DNA of 63,498 nucleotides, taken from contig JAHLMR010000002.1 of NCBI GenBank assembly GCA_018920255.1, positions 1 through 63,498 of the forward strand, in the 5' to 3' direction. The number at the start of each line of letters is the position of its first letter. The first letter of the stretch is position 1. The DNA comes from Candidatus Aenigmatarchaeota archaeon (lineage in GTDB: Archaea > Aenigmatarchaeota > Aenigmatarchaeia > Aenigmatarchaeales > JAHLMR01). The notes beneath the pieces are model-generated. The model had not been told where the DNA came from, searched no databases, and worked only from the letters and a program-made list of their open reading frames with translations. Shown one piece after another: positions 39,367 through 49,153 of the stretch. The translations under genes and the position numbers were made by a program.

Positions 39367-39942
39367 ATGAGAACATTTATTTTATATTTAAATAAAGCAA
39401 GAACAGATGAAAAATTTAATATTGATGATTTACCAAGTTCTGGTGGAAGAATGGATGTATTATGTAGAGCAGTAACATCTTCATTATGGCTTTCTCATTC
39501 TCTAAGAGAAGAAACAAAATTAATTGGAGTATTGAATGGCCCACCAAACCCACCGGTTTCTGTATATTTTAATTCAAATACAATGAAATTTGTAAGTCCA
39601 GATGAACGTTCTATTTCATTTTGGATTAAAAAGGCATTAGCACAAATAGGAAAAACTACAAGAAGTGGAATATATGCTGAAAGAAAAAGTTTTCAAGAAA
39701 TTATAAAAGAATTAAAAGATATGCCTATTTATATTCTTCATGAATCTGGTAAAAATATTTTTGAAGTAAAAATATTAGATAATCCTGTTTTTATTTTGGG
39801 TGATCATATAGGAATTCCTAAAAAAGATGAAAATTTTGCTATGAGATATGCAAAGGAAAAAATTTCACTTGGAAAAAAATCTTATTTAGCATCTTCGTGT
39901 ATTTCTATTATAAATTGGATTTTAGATGTAAATTTAAAATAA
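39367..39942 (+). CDS. trmY: tRNA (pseudouridine54-N1)-methyltransferase TrmY (SPOUT, DUF358)
   Basis: DLPSSGGRMDVLCRAVTSSLWLSH signature, ~190 aa. Confidence 0.8.
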   Translation: MRTFILYLNKARTDEKFNIDDLPSSGGRMDVLCRAVTSSLWLSHSLREETKLIGVLNGPPNPPVSVYFNSNTMKFVSPDERSISFWIKKALAQIGKTTRSGIYAERKSFQEIIKELKDMPIYILHESGKNIFEVKILDNPVFILGDHIGIPKKDENFAMRYAKEKISLGKKSYLASSCISIINWILDVNLK

Positions 39943-40758
39943 TAAATTAGCAATTACAATTCCAGATAAACTTCCAACTGAAACAAATGGAAGTGCTGGT
40001 AATGGTGAAGGATTATTTTTCATATAATAAAATAATAAAATTAATGATATCCAGCAACCAAAAATACAAAACAATCCATGTATAAATCCATGTTTCACAA
40101 TTGAAGATACAGCAAGAGCTAAAGGAAGGACAACATCGCCTAATCCTAAATGAAATACATGCACTTTTTTAACTTTTCCATAAATTTTTCTTGGAGTTTT
40201 ATATTCATGGGCGCTTGAAAACATAAAAGAAGTTGGTCTTTTTATTAATAACTTTGCTAAACTTATCATGTGTTTTGTTATAAAAACTGCAACAATATCA
40301 TATGTTGATAATAGCAAAAGAAAAACTATACACGGAACCAAATCAAAGGATAAACCTATTATAGCTCCAGCACCTGCTCCAGAAATAGTACTTGAAATAT
40401 TTTGGCTTAGAAAAGAAGGTTTTATCGTTTTCCATAAAGTTAATCCTGCAGCCAAAATTAATGAAATAATTGAGACTTGAATTACAATATCAAAAAATAA
40501 AAATGATGCAAGAAAAATTAGAAATGGTTCAAAGGAAAAAATAAAGCCTTTCCAAAATTTTGATACTATAAGTATTACTATTGTCATAAAAATAATCCAG
40601 AAAAATAAATAAAAACTATTTTCTATTGAGTATGGATTTTCAACTGGCGGAATTGCAGCCCCACTTTTAATTAAATTATAATAAGTATATCCTGCATAAA
40701 TTCCTAAAATTTGAGTTATTACAACAAATATTAATATAATGAAAATATTTTTTTGCAT
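39934..40758 (-). CDS. presenilin/signal-peptide-peptidase homolog (A22 aspartyl intramembrane protease)
   Basis: YD (STYDIVAVF), GLGD (HLGLGDVVLP) and PAL (PLPALPF) motifs in TM helices. Confidence 0.85.
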   Translation of the reverse strand: MQKNIFIILIFVVITQILGIYAGYTYYNLIKSGAAIPPVENPYSIENSFYLFFWIIFMTIVILIVSKFWKGFIFSFEPFLIFLASFLFFDIVIQVSIISLILAAGLTLWKTIKPSFLSQNISSTISGAGAGAIIGLSFDLVPCIVFLLLLSTYDIVAVFITKHMISLAKLLIKRPTSFMFSSAHEYKTPRKIYGKVKKVHVFHLGLGDVVLPLALAVSSIVKHGFIHGLFCIFGCWISLILLFYYMKNNPSPLPALPFVSVGSLSGIVIANLLF

Positions 40759-40809
40759 AATATTTAATGATCTTTTATATTTTTAAACTCTTAAAAATAA
40801 TTTTTATTT

Positions 40810-42066
40810 ATGAATATAGAAAAATTATCTGAAATATTCCAAGAACCAATATGTGATAACTGTTTAGGAAGACAATACGCTCAACTTTTATCAGGATTTT
40901 CTAATAAAGAAAGAGGAAATTGTTTAAGATTATTTTTTTCATTTTTAATTGATGGAAATTTAATTAATCAAGAAGTATTAAATAAATTAGAACCATCAAA
41001 TTTTAAAAACTTTACTTTTAGACAAAATAAAAATTTTTATGAGTTAGTTAAAAAATCAGAAATAAAAAAATGTAAAATATGTAATGATTTCTTTAAAGAA
41101 GATATAGAAAAATATGTAGAAAAAATTATTAAAAAACTAAAAGAATATGAATTTTCTACTTTTTTAGTTGGAACAAAACCATCAAAAGAAATGCTTAATT
41201 CTGAAGAAAAACTTTGGGAAAAAATAGGCATATCTTTTTGTGAACCAATAAAAGCAGAAATTAATAGAGAGATTGGAAAAAGATTAGAAAAAAATACTAA
41301 AAAGAAAGCTGAATTAAAAAATCCAGATATCTCAATTATTTTAGATTTAAATGAAAATAAAATAAATTTTCAAGTTAAATCATTATTTATTTTTGGATAT
41401 TATAAAAAATTAAAAAGAGGTTTTCCGCAATGTAAATGGGGAACACCTGGAAAATATAAAACTTCTGTTGAAGAAGAAATAGGAAGACCTTTATTAAAAA
41501 TTACTAAAGGAAAAACTCATAAGTTTCATGGATATGGAAGAGAGGACATTGATGCATTATGTTTAGGAGACAGAGCATTTGTAATTGAAATAAAAGAACC
41601 AAGAAAAAGAAATATTGATTTAAAAGATGCTATGAAAAAAATAAACAAAAGTAATAAAATAAAAGTTAAGGGATTAAAAATTGTAGATATGAATGTTGTT
41701 AGAAAAATTAAAGAAGAACATGGAGATAAAGAATACAGAGCTGAAGTTGTTTTAGATAAGCCAATAAAGAAGGAAGATTTAAAGAAATTAAAAAATTTAA
41801 TTGGTGTTATAGAACAAAGAACACCGCTTAGAGTTTCTCATAGAAGATCTGATTTAATTAGAAAAAAATATGTTAAAAAAATTTCTTGGAAGTTTATAAA
41901 CTCAAAAAAATTTGAAATAAAAATAAAAACAAATGCAGGACTTTATATTAAAGAGCTTATTTCTGGAGATAATGGAAGAACAAAGCCAAGTATTTCAGAA
42001 ATATTACAAAGAAATGCAAAATGCAAAAAGTTAGATGTTATTTGGTTAGAAAAGCCAAAAATTTAA
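40810..42066 (+). CDS. pus10: tRNA pseudouridine synthase Pus10 (Psi54/Psi55)
   Basis: N-terminal Zn-ribbon/THUMP-like region, catalytic GREDIDA..LG.RAFVIE motif. 418 aa. Confidence 0.85.
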   Translation: MNIEKLSEIFQEPICDNCLGRQYAQLLSGFSNKERGNCLRLFFSFLIDGNLINQEVLNKLEPSNFKNFTFRQNKNFYELVKKSEIKKCKICNDFFKEDIEKYVEKIIKKLKEYEFSTFLVGTKPSKEMLNSEEKLWEKIGISFCEPIKAEINREIGKRLEKNTKKKAELKNPDISIILDLNENKINFQVKSLFIFGYYKKLKRGFPQCKWGTPGKYKTSVEEEIGRPLLKITKGKTHKFHGYGREDIDALCLGDRAFVIEIKEPRKRNIDLKDAMKKINKSNKIKVKGLKIVDMNVVRKIKEEHGDKEYRAEVVLDKPIKKEDLKKLKNLIGVIEQRTPLRVSHRRSDLIRKKYVKKISWKFINSKKFEIKIKTNAGLYIKELISGDNGRTKPSISEILQRNAKCKKLDVIWLEKPKI

Positions 42067-42114
42067 ACTGCATAAAAGTTTTAATCTTTAAATATTTTAA
42101 AATTCTTAAAAAAT

Positions 42115-42402
42115 TTGATAAAAATGGTAGTAAAGTCACATGGTCCTAGGAGAAGAACAAGAGAAAAATTTAGAAATCCTGAAAAATTTAAGCCAAATTT
42201 ATTTTTACAAGAATTTGCAGAAGGAACAAATGTTGTTATAAAAACTCTTTCTAGCAGTCACTCTGGAATGCCATTTAGAAGATTTCATGGAAAATCTGGA
42301 AAAGTTATAGGAAAGCGTGGGAATGCTTATATTGTAGAAATAAAAGATGGAAACAAAATTAAAAAATTAATTGTAAATCCAGAACATCTGAAAAAATTAT
42401 AA
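42115..42402 (+). CDS. rpl21e: ribosomal protein L21e
   Basis: KSHGPRRRTR...FRRFHGK.G.V. The ATG at 42124 is the likely start (leaderless spacing from the TATA-like box at 42086-42094). Confidence 0.9.
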   Translation: MIKMVVKSHGPRRRTREKFRNPEKFKPNLFLQEFAEGTNVVIKTLSSSHSGMPFRRFHGKSGKVIGKRGNAYIVEIKDGNKIKKLIVNPEHLKKL

Positions 42403-42428
42403 AGTATTAAATCCTATTTTCTTTATAT

Positions 42429-42547
42429 GCGGGGGTCGCCAAGCCAGGTCAAAGGTGCAGGACTGAGGCTCCTGTGGGTTAGTCCCTTCGTGAGAAACTT
42501 TCTTATTAAGAGAAAGTTCACGAATTCAAATCTCACCCCCCGCACCA
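42429..42547 (+). tRNA. tRNA-Leu(GAG) with a ~30-nt insert in the T-arm and an encoded CCA
   Basis: Acceptor GCGGGGG/CCCCCGC. Anticodon stem CAGGA/TCCTG with loop CTGAGGC. Long variable arm GGG-TTAGT-CCC. T-stem GTGAG (42490-94) is separated from the T-loop TTCAAAT + CTCAC by 42495-42524, which folds as an 8-bp hairpin. Confidence 0.8.
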
Positions 42548-42587
42548 AAACACTTCTTTATAAACTTTAAATTTAATTTTATTTTTT

Positions 42588-44432
42588 ATGAAAAGAAAAA
42601 TAAAAACACGTCCAAGTGAAATTAAAGAAAAGATAGAAAAAGTAGTGCCAGACACATCTATAATAATTGACGGTAAGCTTTCAAATTTAATTTCAAGCGG
42701 AGAATTAGATAATATAACAATATTAATTCCAGAAGCAGTTATAGCAGAACTTCAAGCGCAAGCTTCAAGAGGTCAGGAAATAGGTTTTATAGGTTTAGAA
42801 GAAATTAAAAAGATAAGAGAAATCTCAGAAAAACATAATATAATTTTAAAATTTGTTGGAGAAAGACCAAGTTATGAAGATATTCTAATGGCAAAATCAG
42901 GAAGAATTGATGCATTAATTCAAGATATTGCAAAAATTAATAAAGCAGTGCTTTTTACTGCAGATCTTCCACAAGCTTTAGTTGCAGAGGCAGAAGGAAT
43001 AAAAGTAAAATATTTTGAAGCATATGAAAAAGCCAAAAAAATTAAAATAGAAGATTTTTTAACTCCTGATACAATGTCAATACATTTAAAAGAAGGTTGT
43101 ATTCCTCTTGCAAAGAGAGGTAAACCAGGAGAATTTAAATTAGTAAAAATAAGAGAAGAACCAATATCTACTTCTGAACTAGAGGAAATTTCAAAAGAAA
43201 TTTTTGAAATAGCAAAATATGAAGAAAATGCTTTTGTCGAATTTAATGAATATGGAGTTTCTGTTCTTCAAATAAAAGATTTAAGAATAGCAATTGTAAG
43301 ACCACCGTTAAGCGATGGAATTGAAATAACAGTTGTAAGACCTGTTGTTAAATTAAAATTAGATGATTATAAACTTTCTGATAAACTTAAAGCAAGATTA
43401 GAATCAAAAGCAGAGGGAATACTTATAGCAGGACCCCCGGGTTCAGGAAAATCTACATTTGCTGCTTCAATTGCAGAATTTTATTTAAATAAAGGAAAAA
43501 TTGTTAAAACAATGGAAAATCCGAGAGATTTACAAGTTCCACCTGAAATTACTCAATATGCACCATTTGATAATTCTTTTGCAAAAACAGCAGATATTCT
43601 TCTATTAGTAAGACCAGATTATGTTATTTTTGATGAAATAAGAAAATCAAAAGATTTTGAAATTTTCTCTGATATGAGATTAGCTGGAATAGGTTTAGTT
43701 GGGGTAGTTCATGCAACAGATCCAATTGATGCTATACAAAGATTTATAGGAAAAATAGAATTAGGAATAATTCCTCATATTATTGATACTATAATTTATA
43801 TTAAAAACGGAAAAATAGAAAACGTATTTTCAACAAATATAACTGTTAAGGTACCTTCTGGTATGATAGAAGCTGATTTATCAAGACCTGTTGTAGAGGT
43901 AAGAGATTTTGAAACAGGAAAATTAATTTATGAAATATATACATATGGCGAGCAAACAGTTGTTTTACCTGTTATAGAAAAAGAAGCAAAAGGTGCTATG
44001 CAAAAGCTTGCTGAAGAAAAAATATTAGAAGAAATGAGAAAATATGATAAAAATACAAAAATAGAATGGGTAGGAGAAAATAAAGTTATTTTAACTGTAA
44101 GAAATGAGATTATACCAAGAATTATAGGAAAGGAAGGAAAAAATATAAAGCAATTGGAAGAAAAACTAGGACTTTCAATTGATATTTCACCAGCAGTTGC
44201 ATCTTTGGGGAGTGAAATAAAAACAGATATTTCTGAAATAGGAAATAATATAGTTTTAATATATGATAAAAAATATGCAGGAAAACATGCAAACATATAT
44301 ATAGATTCAGAATATTTATTTACAGCAACTATAGGAAGAAAAGCTGAAATTAAAATTAATAAGGATTCTGAATTAGGAAAAAAGCTCTTAATTGCTTTAA
44401 CTTCAAAAAAGAAAATAAAAAGTTTTATATAA
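42588..44432 (+). CDS. PIN domain - PilT-like ATPase - KH domain protein (COG1855-type)
   Basis: N-terminal PIN (VPDTSIIIDG), Walker A GPPGSGKST, C-terminal KH (IIGKEGKNIKQLE). Confidence 0.85.
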   Translation: MKRKIKTRPSEIKEKIEKVVPDTSIIIDGKLSNLISSGELDNITILIPEAVIAELQAQASRGQEIGFIGLEEIKKIREISEKHNIILKFVGERPSYEDILMAKSGRIDALIQDIAKINKAVLFTADLPQALVAEAEGIKVKYFEAYEKAKKIKIEDFLTPDTMSIHLKEGCIPLAKRGKPGEFKLVKIREEPISTSELEEISKEIFEIAKYEENAFVEFNEYGVSVLQIKDLRIAIVRPPLSDGIEITVVRPVVKLKLDDYKLSDKLKARLESKAEGILIAGPPGSGKSTFAASIAEFYLNKGKIVKTMENPRDLQVPPEITQYAPFDNSFAKTADILLLVRPDYVIFDEIRKSKDFEIFSDMRLAGIGLVGVVHATDPIDAIQRFIGKIELGIIPHIIDTIIYIKNGKIENVFSTNITVKVPSGMIEADLSRPVVEVRDFETGKLIYEIYTYGEQTVVLPVIEKEAKGAMQKLAEEKILEEMRKYDKNTKIEWVGENKVILTVRNEIIPRIIGKEGKNIKQLEEKLGLSIDISPAVASLGSEIKTDISEIGNNIVLIYDKKYAGKHANIYIDSEYLFTATIGRKAEIKINKDSELGKKLLIALTSKKKIKSFI

Positions 44433-44478
44433 AAAAGATTTATAAATAAAGAATTTTTATAAGATATAAGGTGATTTT

Positions 44479-45123
44479 ATGGCTATATTTGAAGAAATAT
44501 ATTTAATGTTATTAAATAGTATTATAACTTTCCTTCCAAAACTTTTAGCATGTATTATTGTATTAATAATTGGTTTAATATTAGGAAAAATTACAGAAAA
44601 AATTGTAAAAGAAATTATTACAAGATCTACAATAGAAAAATATATTTCAAGGTCAGAAAATTTAAATATAAGCTTATCTTCAATTTTATCTTTGATTTTT
44701 AAATGGATTGTTTATTTAGTATTTATACAACAAGCAGCAATCTATTTAGGAGTAACTGCAATAATAGATTTTATTAATAGAGTAATTTTATTTATTCCTG
44801 GATTAGTTGAAGCAATTATTATAATAATAGTTGGATATGTAATCGCATCATATATTAAACAAAATATAATTGGAAGTAGAAATATATATTCAAATATTAC
44901 AGGACAAATAATATTTCTTTTAATAGTTTACTTATCTGTTGCAACAGGTATAAAATCAATAAGTGGGATTAATACAATGTTACTTGATTATGTTTTACTT
45001 GTGATATTGTTTTCCTTTGGTTTAGGAATTGCAATAGCAGTTGGTCTAGGGCTTAAGGATGTAGTTTCAGAAATCTCAAAAGAAATTTTAGAAAAAGAAT
45101 TAAAGAAAAAGAAATTTAAATAA
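44479..45123 (+). CDS. integral membrane protein (repeated TM-helix modules)
   Basis: Four to five hydrophobic helices and a lysine-rich C-terminal tail. AAGGTGA SD. Confidence 0.5.
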   Translation: MAIFEEIYLMLLNSIITFLPKLLACIIVLIIGLILGKITEKIVKEIITRSTIEKYISRSENLNISLSSILSLIFKWIVYLVFIQQAAIYLGVTAIIDFINRVILFIPGLVEAIIIIIVGYVIASYIKQNIIGSRNIYSNITGQIIFLLIVYLSVATGIKSISGINTMLLDYVLLVILFSFGLGIAIAVGLGLKDVVSEISKEILEKELKKKKFK

Positions 45124-46978
45124 ATTTTGGTCTTTTTGATAATTTTTTAGGAAGACATAAAGGTTTAAACGGATAGTTTTTTGTTTTTTCTTTTATTTCT
45201 TTTATTAATTCTGAAACTTCCATGTTTTCAATTTTTTCTGTTTCTCTTTTTCTTATAGCTAGTTTACCAGTTTTCTTTTCTTTTTCTCCTATAACAATAA
45301 TATATGGAATTAATTCTACCTCAGCATCTCTTATCTTCTTTTGTATGCTTTCTGATCTATCATCTATATCAACTCTAATATTTTCTTTTTCAATATCTTC
45401 TCCAATTTTTTCTGCTAATTCAATAAAACTATCATTAACAGGACATATTCTTACTTGAATGGGTGATAACCAAATTGGGAATCCTCTATATTTTTTAGGA
45501 TTCATTCCTATTGCTTCTAACATAGCACATATACATCTTTCTATTGCACCACTTGGAGAACAGTGTAATATTAAAGGATATTTTCTTTTATTATCAAAGT
45601 CAGTAAATTGAATATCAAAATTTTTAGAGTTTTCATGATCTATTTGTACTGTTGAAAGAGCAAACGCCTTATCTATACTATCAATAAAATTAAATTCAAA
45701 TTTTGGATCAAAATATGCATATCTAAAATTCCATCTTTCTATTAATACTGGTTTGCCAATTATTTTTGGTAATTCTATTATAAAATCTTTATTTTCTTTC
45801 CAAAATTCTTCTGTAAACCTAATTCCAGCTTCATATGCTTCTGGTTCAAATCCTAATTCTTTTAAACATTCTATACAAAATTTAAATTGACTTTTAAATT
45901 CTTCTTTAGCTTGTTCAATATTTGAACATAAAGTATGCATATCTGGCATTGTAAATGCTCTTAATCTTTTTAATGCAACCAATTCTCCTGCTTTTTCTAA
46001 TCTAAAAGAATATCTTGTAAGTTCATAAGTTTTTAATGGAAGATCTTTATAGGAAATAGTAGATTTATTACACATTAAAAATTGTCCAAAACATGCACTA
46101 AATCTTAAAAACAATTCTTTTTTAGCAGATTGTACAATATATTGTCTTGCAGGAAATCTATGAAGATATTTTTTAAGTGCAGGATGCTCATAATCATACA
46201 TAACTGGAGTTTCAACTTCTATCCCACCATATTTTATTACTTTATTTGTAATCCAAGTTTCAAGTAAACTTTTTATTAATCTTCCTTTGGGATACCATTT
46301 TATATTTCCAGGATCACTTCCAGGTTCATAATCTGCTAATTCCAAAGCTCGCATAAGTTTTATATGTACTGGTTCTTTTTCTGAAACTCTTATTTTTGAA
46401 GATTCGTATTTATAAAATTTTTTAAGATTCTCATATTTTGAGAAATCAAATTTTTCAGCAGGAATTAATTCTCCTTCTTGAGTTAAAATAAACCATTCAG
46501 ATTTAACTTTTTCTTCTTGTTTTAGAGCACCGCTAATTTCTTCTTCTTTTCCCTTTGGAATAATTGTTATTTGTCTACTTAATTCACTTAATGGATGTCC
46601 TTTAACAGAAATTTTAAATGCTTTATACCATCCAAAAGGAACATGATTTACTTGATATTCTTTTTCTTTAATATTTTTTTCAATTTCTAAAAGAATATCC
46701 ATTGCAATAGATGGCTTTGCAGGTTCGCTCGTTAAATGCACATATGGATATAATACTATATTTTTACATTTTACCTGTTCTGCAACTTTTATTATTTCTT
46801 CTGCTGTATTTTTTGAAACTTCAACAATAGAATTTTCATCTATTTTTTCTGCTGCAACAAATGTAACAAGTACTTCTTTAAATTCAAATTTTTTCTCTTT
46901 TATTTCTTCTGCTTGCTTTATTGCTTTTGTTTTTGGTTCAACTTCAAGATTATCTGAATGTAAAGTTAAAATTTTCAT
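45116..46978 (-). CDS. thrS: threonyl-tRNA synthetase, archaeal type with N-terminal editing domain
   Basis: Class II catalytic core, C-terminal anticodon-binding domain, archaeal-style N-terminal domain. 620 aa. Confidence 0.95.
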   Translation of the reverse strand: MKILTLHSDNLEVEPKTKAIKQAEEIKEKKFEFKEVLVTFVAAEKIDENSIVEVSKNTAEEIIKVAEQVKCKNIVLYPYVHLTSEPAKPSIAMDILLEIEKNIKEKEYQVNHVPFGWYKAFKISVKGHPLSELSRQITIIPKGKEEEISGALKQEEKVKSEWFILTQEGELIPAEKFDFSKYENLKKFYKYESSKIRVSEKEPVHIKLMRALELADYEPGSDPGNIKWYPKGRLIKSLLETWITNKVIKYGGIEVETPVMYDYEHPALKKYLHRFPARQYIVQSAKKELFLRFSACFGQFLMCNKSTISYKDLPLKTYELTRYSFRLEKAGELVALKRLRAFTMPDMHTLCSNIEQAKEEFKSQFKFCIECLKELGFEPEAYEAGIRFTEEFWKENKDFIIELPKIIGKPVLIERWNFRYAYFDPKFEFNFIDSIDKAFALSTVQIDHENSKNFDIQFTDFDNKRKYPLILHCSPSGAIERCICAMLEAIGMNPKKYRGFPIWLSPIQVRICPVNDSFIELAEKIGEDIEKENIRVDIDDRSESIQKKIRDAEVELIPYIIVIGEKEKKTGKLAIRKRETEKIENMEVSELIKEIKEKTKNYPFKPLCLPKKLSKRPKFI

Positions 46979-47030
46979 AAAATTAAATAATAAATAGAAA
47001 ATTTATAAAGCATTATGAAATTATATTTTT

Positions 47031-47627
47031 ATGTTAGAACAATTAGTAACAGCAATTGTAGATTTTATTTCAAATTCTGGCTATTTAGGAATATTTGTTT
47101 TAATGACATTAGAAAGTGCTCTAATTCCTATACCAAGTGAAATTATAATGCCCTTTTCAGGATATCTTGTATATACTGGAAAATTTGGATTTTTAGAAAC
47201 AGTTCTTGCTGGCACTTTAGGAAATCTCTTTGGTTCATTAATTGCATATGATTTAGGAAATAGATTAGGAAGAAAATGGTTAGAAAAATATCTTAAATTT
47301 ATGCATAAAGAAAAATTGATGAATAAGGTTGATAATTGGATTTTAAAATATGGATGTTATACTGCATTTTTTTCAAGAATGATGCCAGCAATAAGGACAT
47401 TTGTTTCATTTCCATTAGGTATTTCAAAAATGAATTTAAAAAAATTTTGTATTTTAACTTTTTTAGGCTCATTTATTTGGTGCATACCATTAACATATTC
47501 AGGAATTATTTTAGGTCCTTATTGGCAAAAAATTTTAGATATCTTTCATACATTTGAAATTTTATTTTTTATAATATTTATATTTGTTATTTTTATATAC
47601 TTTGAAAAAAGAAAAATATTTCAATAG
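47031..47627 (+). CDS. DedA/SNARE-associated family membrane protein
   Basis: LESALIPIPSE and FFSRMMPAIRTFVSFPLG motifs. Confidence 0.85.
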   Translation: MLEQLVTAIVDFISNSGYLGIFVLMTLESALIPIPSEIIMPFSGYLVYTGKFGFLETVLAGTLGNLFGSLIAYDLGNRLGRKWLEKYLKFMHKEKLMNKVDNWILKYGCYTAFFSRMMPAIRTFVSFPLGISKMNLKKFCILTFLGSFIWCIPLTYSGIILGPYWQKILDIFHTFEILFFIIFIFVIFIYFEKRKIFQ

Positions 47628-47743
47628 CCCCGTCGTCTAGCGGCCAAGGATGGGGGGCTTTGGTTTTACCAAAGCTTTGAGAAGCAAAGCTTCAGTGAAA
47701 AAGAAACCCCCTGACGTAGGTTCGAATCCTACCGGGGCTACCA
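47626..47743 (+). tRNA. tRNA-Gln(UUG) with a 42-nt canonical 37/38 intron and an encoded CCA
   Basis: A1-U72 acceptor AGCCCCG/CGGGGCT. Anticodon stem GGGGG/CCCCC with CTTTGG...A. Intron 47664-47705. T-arm GTAGG-TTCGAAT-CCTAC. The first 2 nt overlap the TAG stop of the DedA gene. Confidence 0.85.
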
Positions 47744-47750
47744 TTTTTGA

Positions 47751-48035
47751 TTAATAAATAAGTTTATCTTTATATTCTTTTGGAATAATTTGTCCGCCAA
47801 AATCATTAGAAAAATGGTCCTTAAATTTTGAACAACATTCTTTACCACAATTAATTTTTTCACAATAATATACATTTATTCCTGTTGGTAAAACAGCATG
47901 TAAAATTATTCCGCATATTTGTCCGTTTTCATTACAAATTATTTCTGATACAGGAATACTGTTATGATAAGTTAAATATTCTTTTGGAACGATGCCATTG
48001 TATATTTCATTAAGTTTTTTCAAATCTAACCACAT
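47751..48035 (-). CDS. Cys-rich hypothetical protein (94 aa)
   Basis: ORF with 7 Cys (CEKINCGKECC). No family recognised. Confidence 0.4.
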   Translation of the reverse strand: MWLDLKKLNEIYNGIVPKEYLTYHNSIPVSEIICNENGQICGIILHAVLPTGINVYYCEKINCGKECCSKFKDHFSNDFGGQIIPKEYKDKLIY

Positions 48036-48081
48036 GTTTAAAAATTAAAAACTTTAAATATTTAAACTTATTTTTTTAATT

Positions 48082-48102
48082 CAAAATCTTTAAATACATT
48101 AA
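48082..48102 (+). promoter_or_regulatory. promoter core CAAAATCTTTAAATACATTAA upstream of S12-S7-EF2
   Basis: TATA-like TTTAAATA. The 21 nt are identical to 52982-53002. Confidence 0.45.
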
Positions 48103-48137
48103 TTTTAATTATTTTAAAAAAAGAAAAGCGTGATAAA

Positions 48138-48551
48138 ATGGGAGAATTTGGAGCAAGAATAATGAAAAAGCAAAGAAAAAAATACAAATGGCATAAAACA
48201 AAATATGTAGTTAGAATGCTTAATCTTAAAAAGAAAAAAGATCCATTAGAAGGTGCACCACAAGCAAGAGGAATAGTTTTAGAAAAAAGAGGAATAGAAC
48301 AAAAACAGCCCCATTCAGGAATTATTAAAGCAGTTAGAGTTAGATTAATAAAAAATGGAAAAGAAGTTACAGCATTTCTTCCAGGAACAGGAGCAACAGA
48401 TAAAGTAAATGAACATGATGAAGTTTTGATCGAGGGACTTGGTGGAAGTCAGGGTGGACCAATAGGAAGCATGTGGGGAGTTAGGTGGAAAGTTATTAAA
48501 GTAAACAATAAACCTCTTTCAGAACTTTTAAAAGGAAAAGAGAAAAAGTGA
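48138..48551 (+). CDS. rps12: ribosomal protein S12 (uS12)
   Basis: [15 protein letters not shown]...[15 protein letters not shown]. Confidence 0.95.
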   Translation: MGEFGARIMKKQRKKYKWHKTKYVVRMLNLKKKKDPLEGAPQARGIVLEKRGIEQKQPHSGIIKAVRVRLIKNGKEVTAFLPGTGATDKVNEHDEVLIEGLGGSQGGPIGSMWGVRWKVIKVNNKPLSELLKGKEKK

Positions 48552-48557
48552 TAAATT

Positions 48558-49151
48558 ATGATAAAAATATTTAATAAATGGGATACAAATTTTGAAGTTA
48601 ATGATCCAGGATTAAAACCTTACATTTCTCTTAAACCAAAAATTATTCCAAGAAATTCTGGCAAACATGCAGGAAAACCATTTTATAAATCTCAAATTAA
48701 TATTGTTGAAAGATTAATTAATCATTTATATGTTCCAGGTCATAGAGGTAAAAAACATTTTCTTACTTCTGATCAATGTACTGGAAAATCTTTAACAAAT
48801 TATAAAATAGTTAAAGAAGCATTTGAAATAATTGAAAAAAAATTAGGAAAAAATCCTGTTGAGGTTTTTGTTAGAGCTATAGAAAATACTGCTTTAAGAG
48901 AAGAAATTACTTCTTTTCAGGTTGGAGGAATAATAGTTAGAAAAGCTGTTGTAAGTAGTCCACAAAGAAGAGTTGATTTAGCATTAAGACTAATAGTTCA
49001 AGGAGCATATCAAAAAGCATTTAATAATCCTAAATCAATGGCTCAAGCGCTTGCAGATGAAATAATAGCAACATATAATTATGACACATCAGGAAGTCTT
49101 GCAATAAGAGAAAAAGAAAGAATTGAACGTGAGGCTGCTAGTGCAAGATAA
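48558..49151 (+). CDS. rps7: ribosomal protein S7 (uS7)
   Basis: Typical archaeal S7 length and motifs (...RAIENTALREE...SSPQRRVD). Confidence 0.95.
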   Translation: MIKIFNKWDTNFEVNDPGLKPYISLKPKIIPRNSGKHAGKPFYKSQINIVERLINHLYVPGHRGKKHFLTSDQCTGKSLTNYKIVKEAFEIIEKKLGKNPVEVFVRAIENTALREEITSFQVGGIIVRKAVVSSPQRRVDLALRLIVQGAYQKAFNNPKSMAQALADEIIATYNYDTSGSLAIREKERIEREAASAR

Positions 49152-49153
49152 AG

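Noticed and set aside
47336-47557. 73-aa same-strand ORF inside the DedA gene
   Set aside because: It is an alternative frame of a well-supported membrane protein gene. It has no independent signals.
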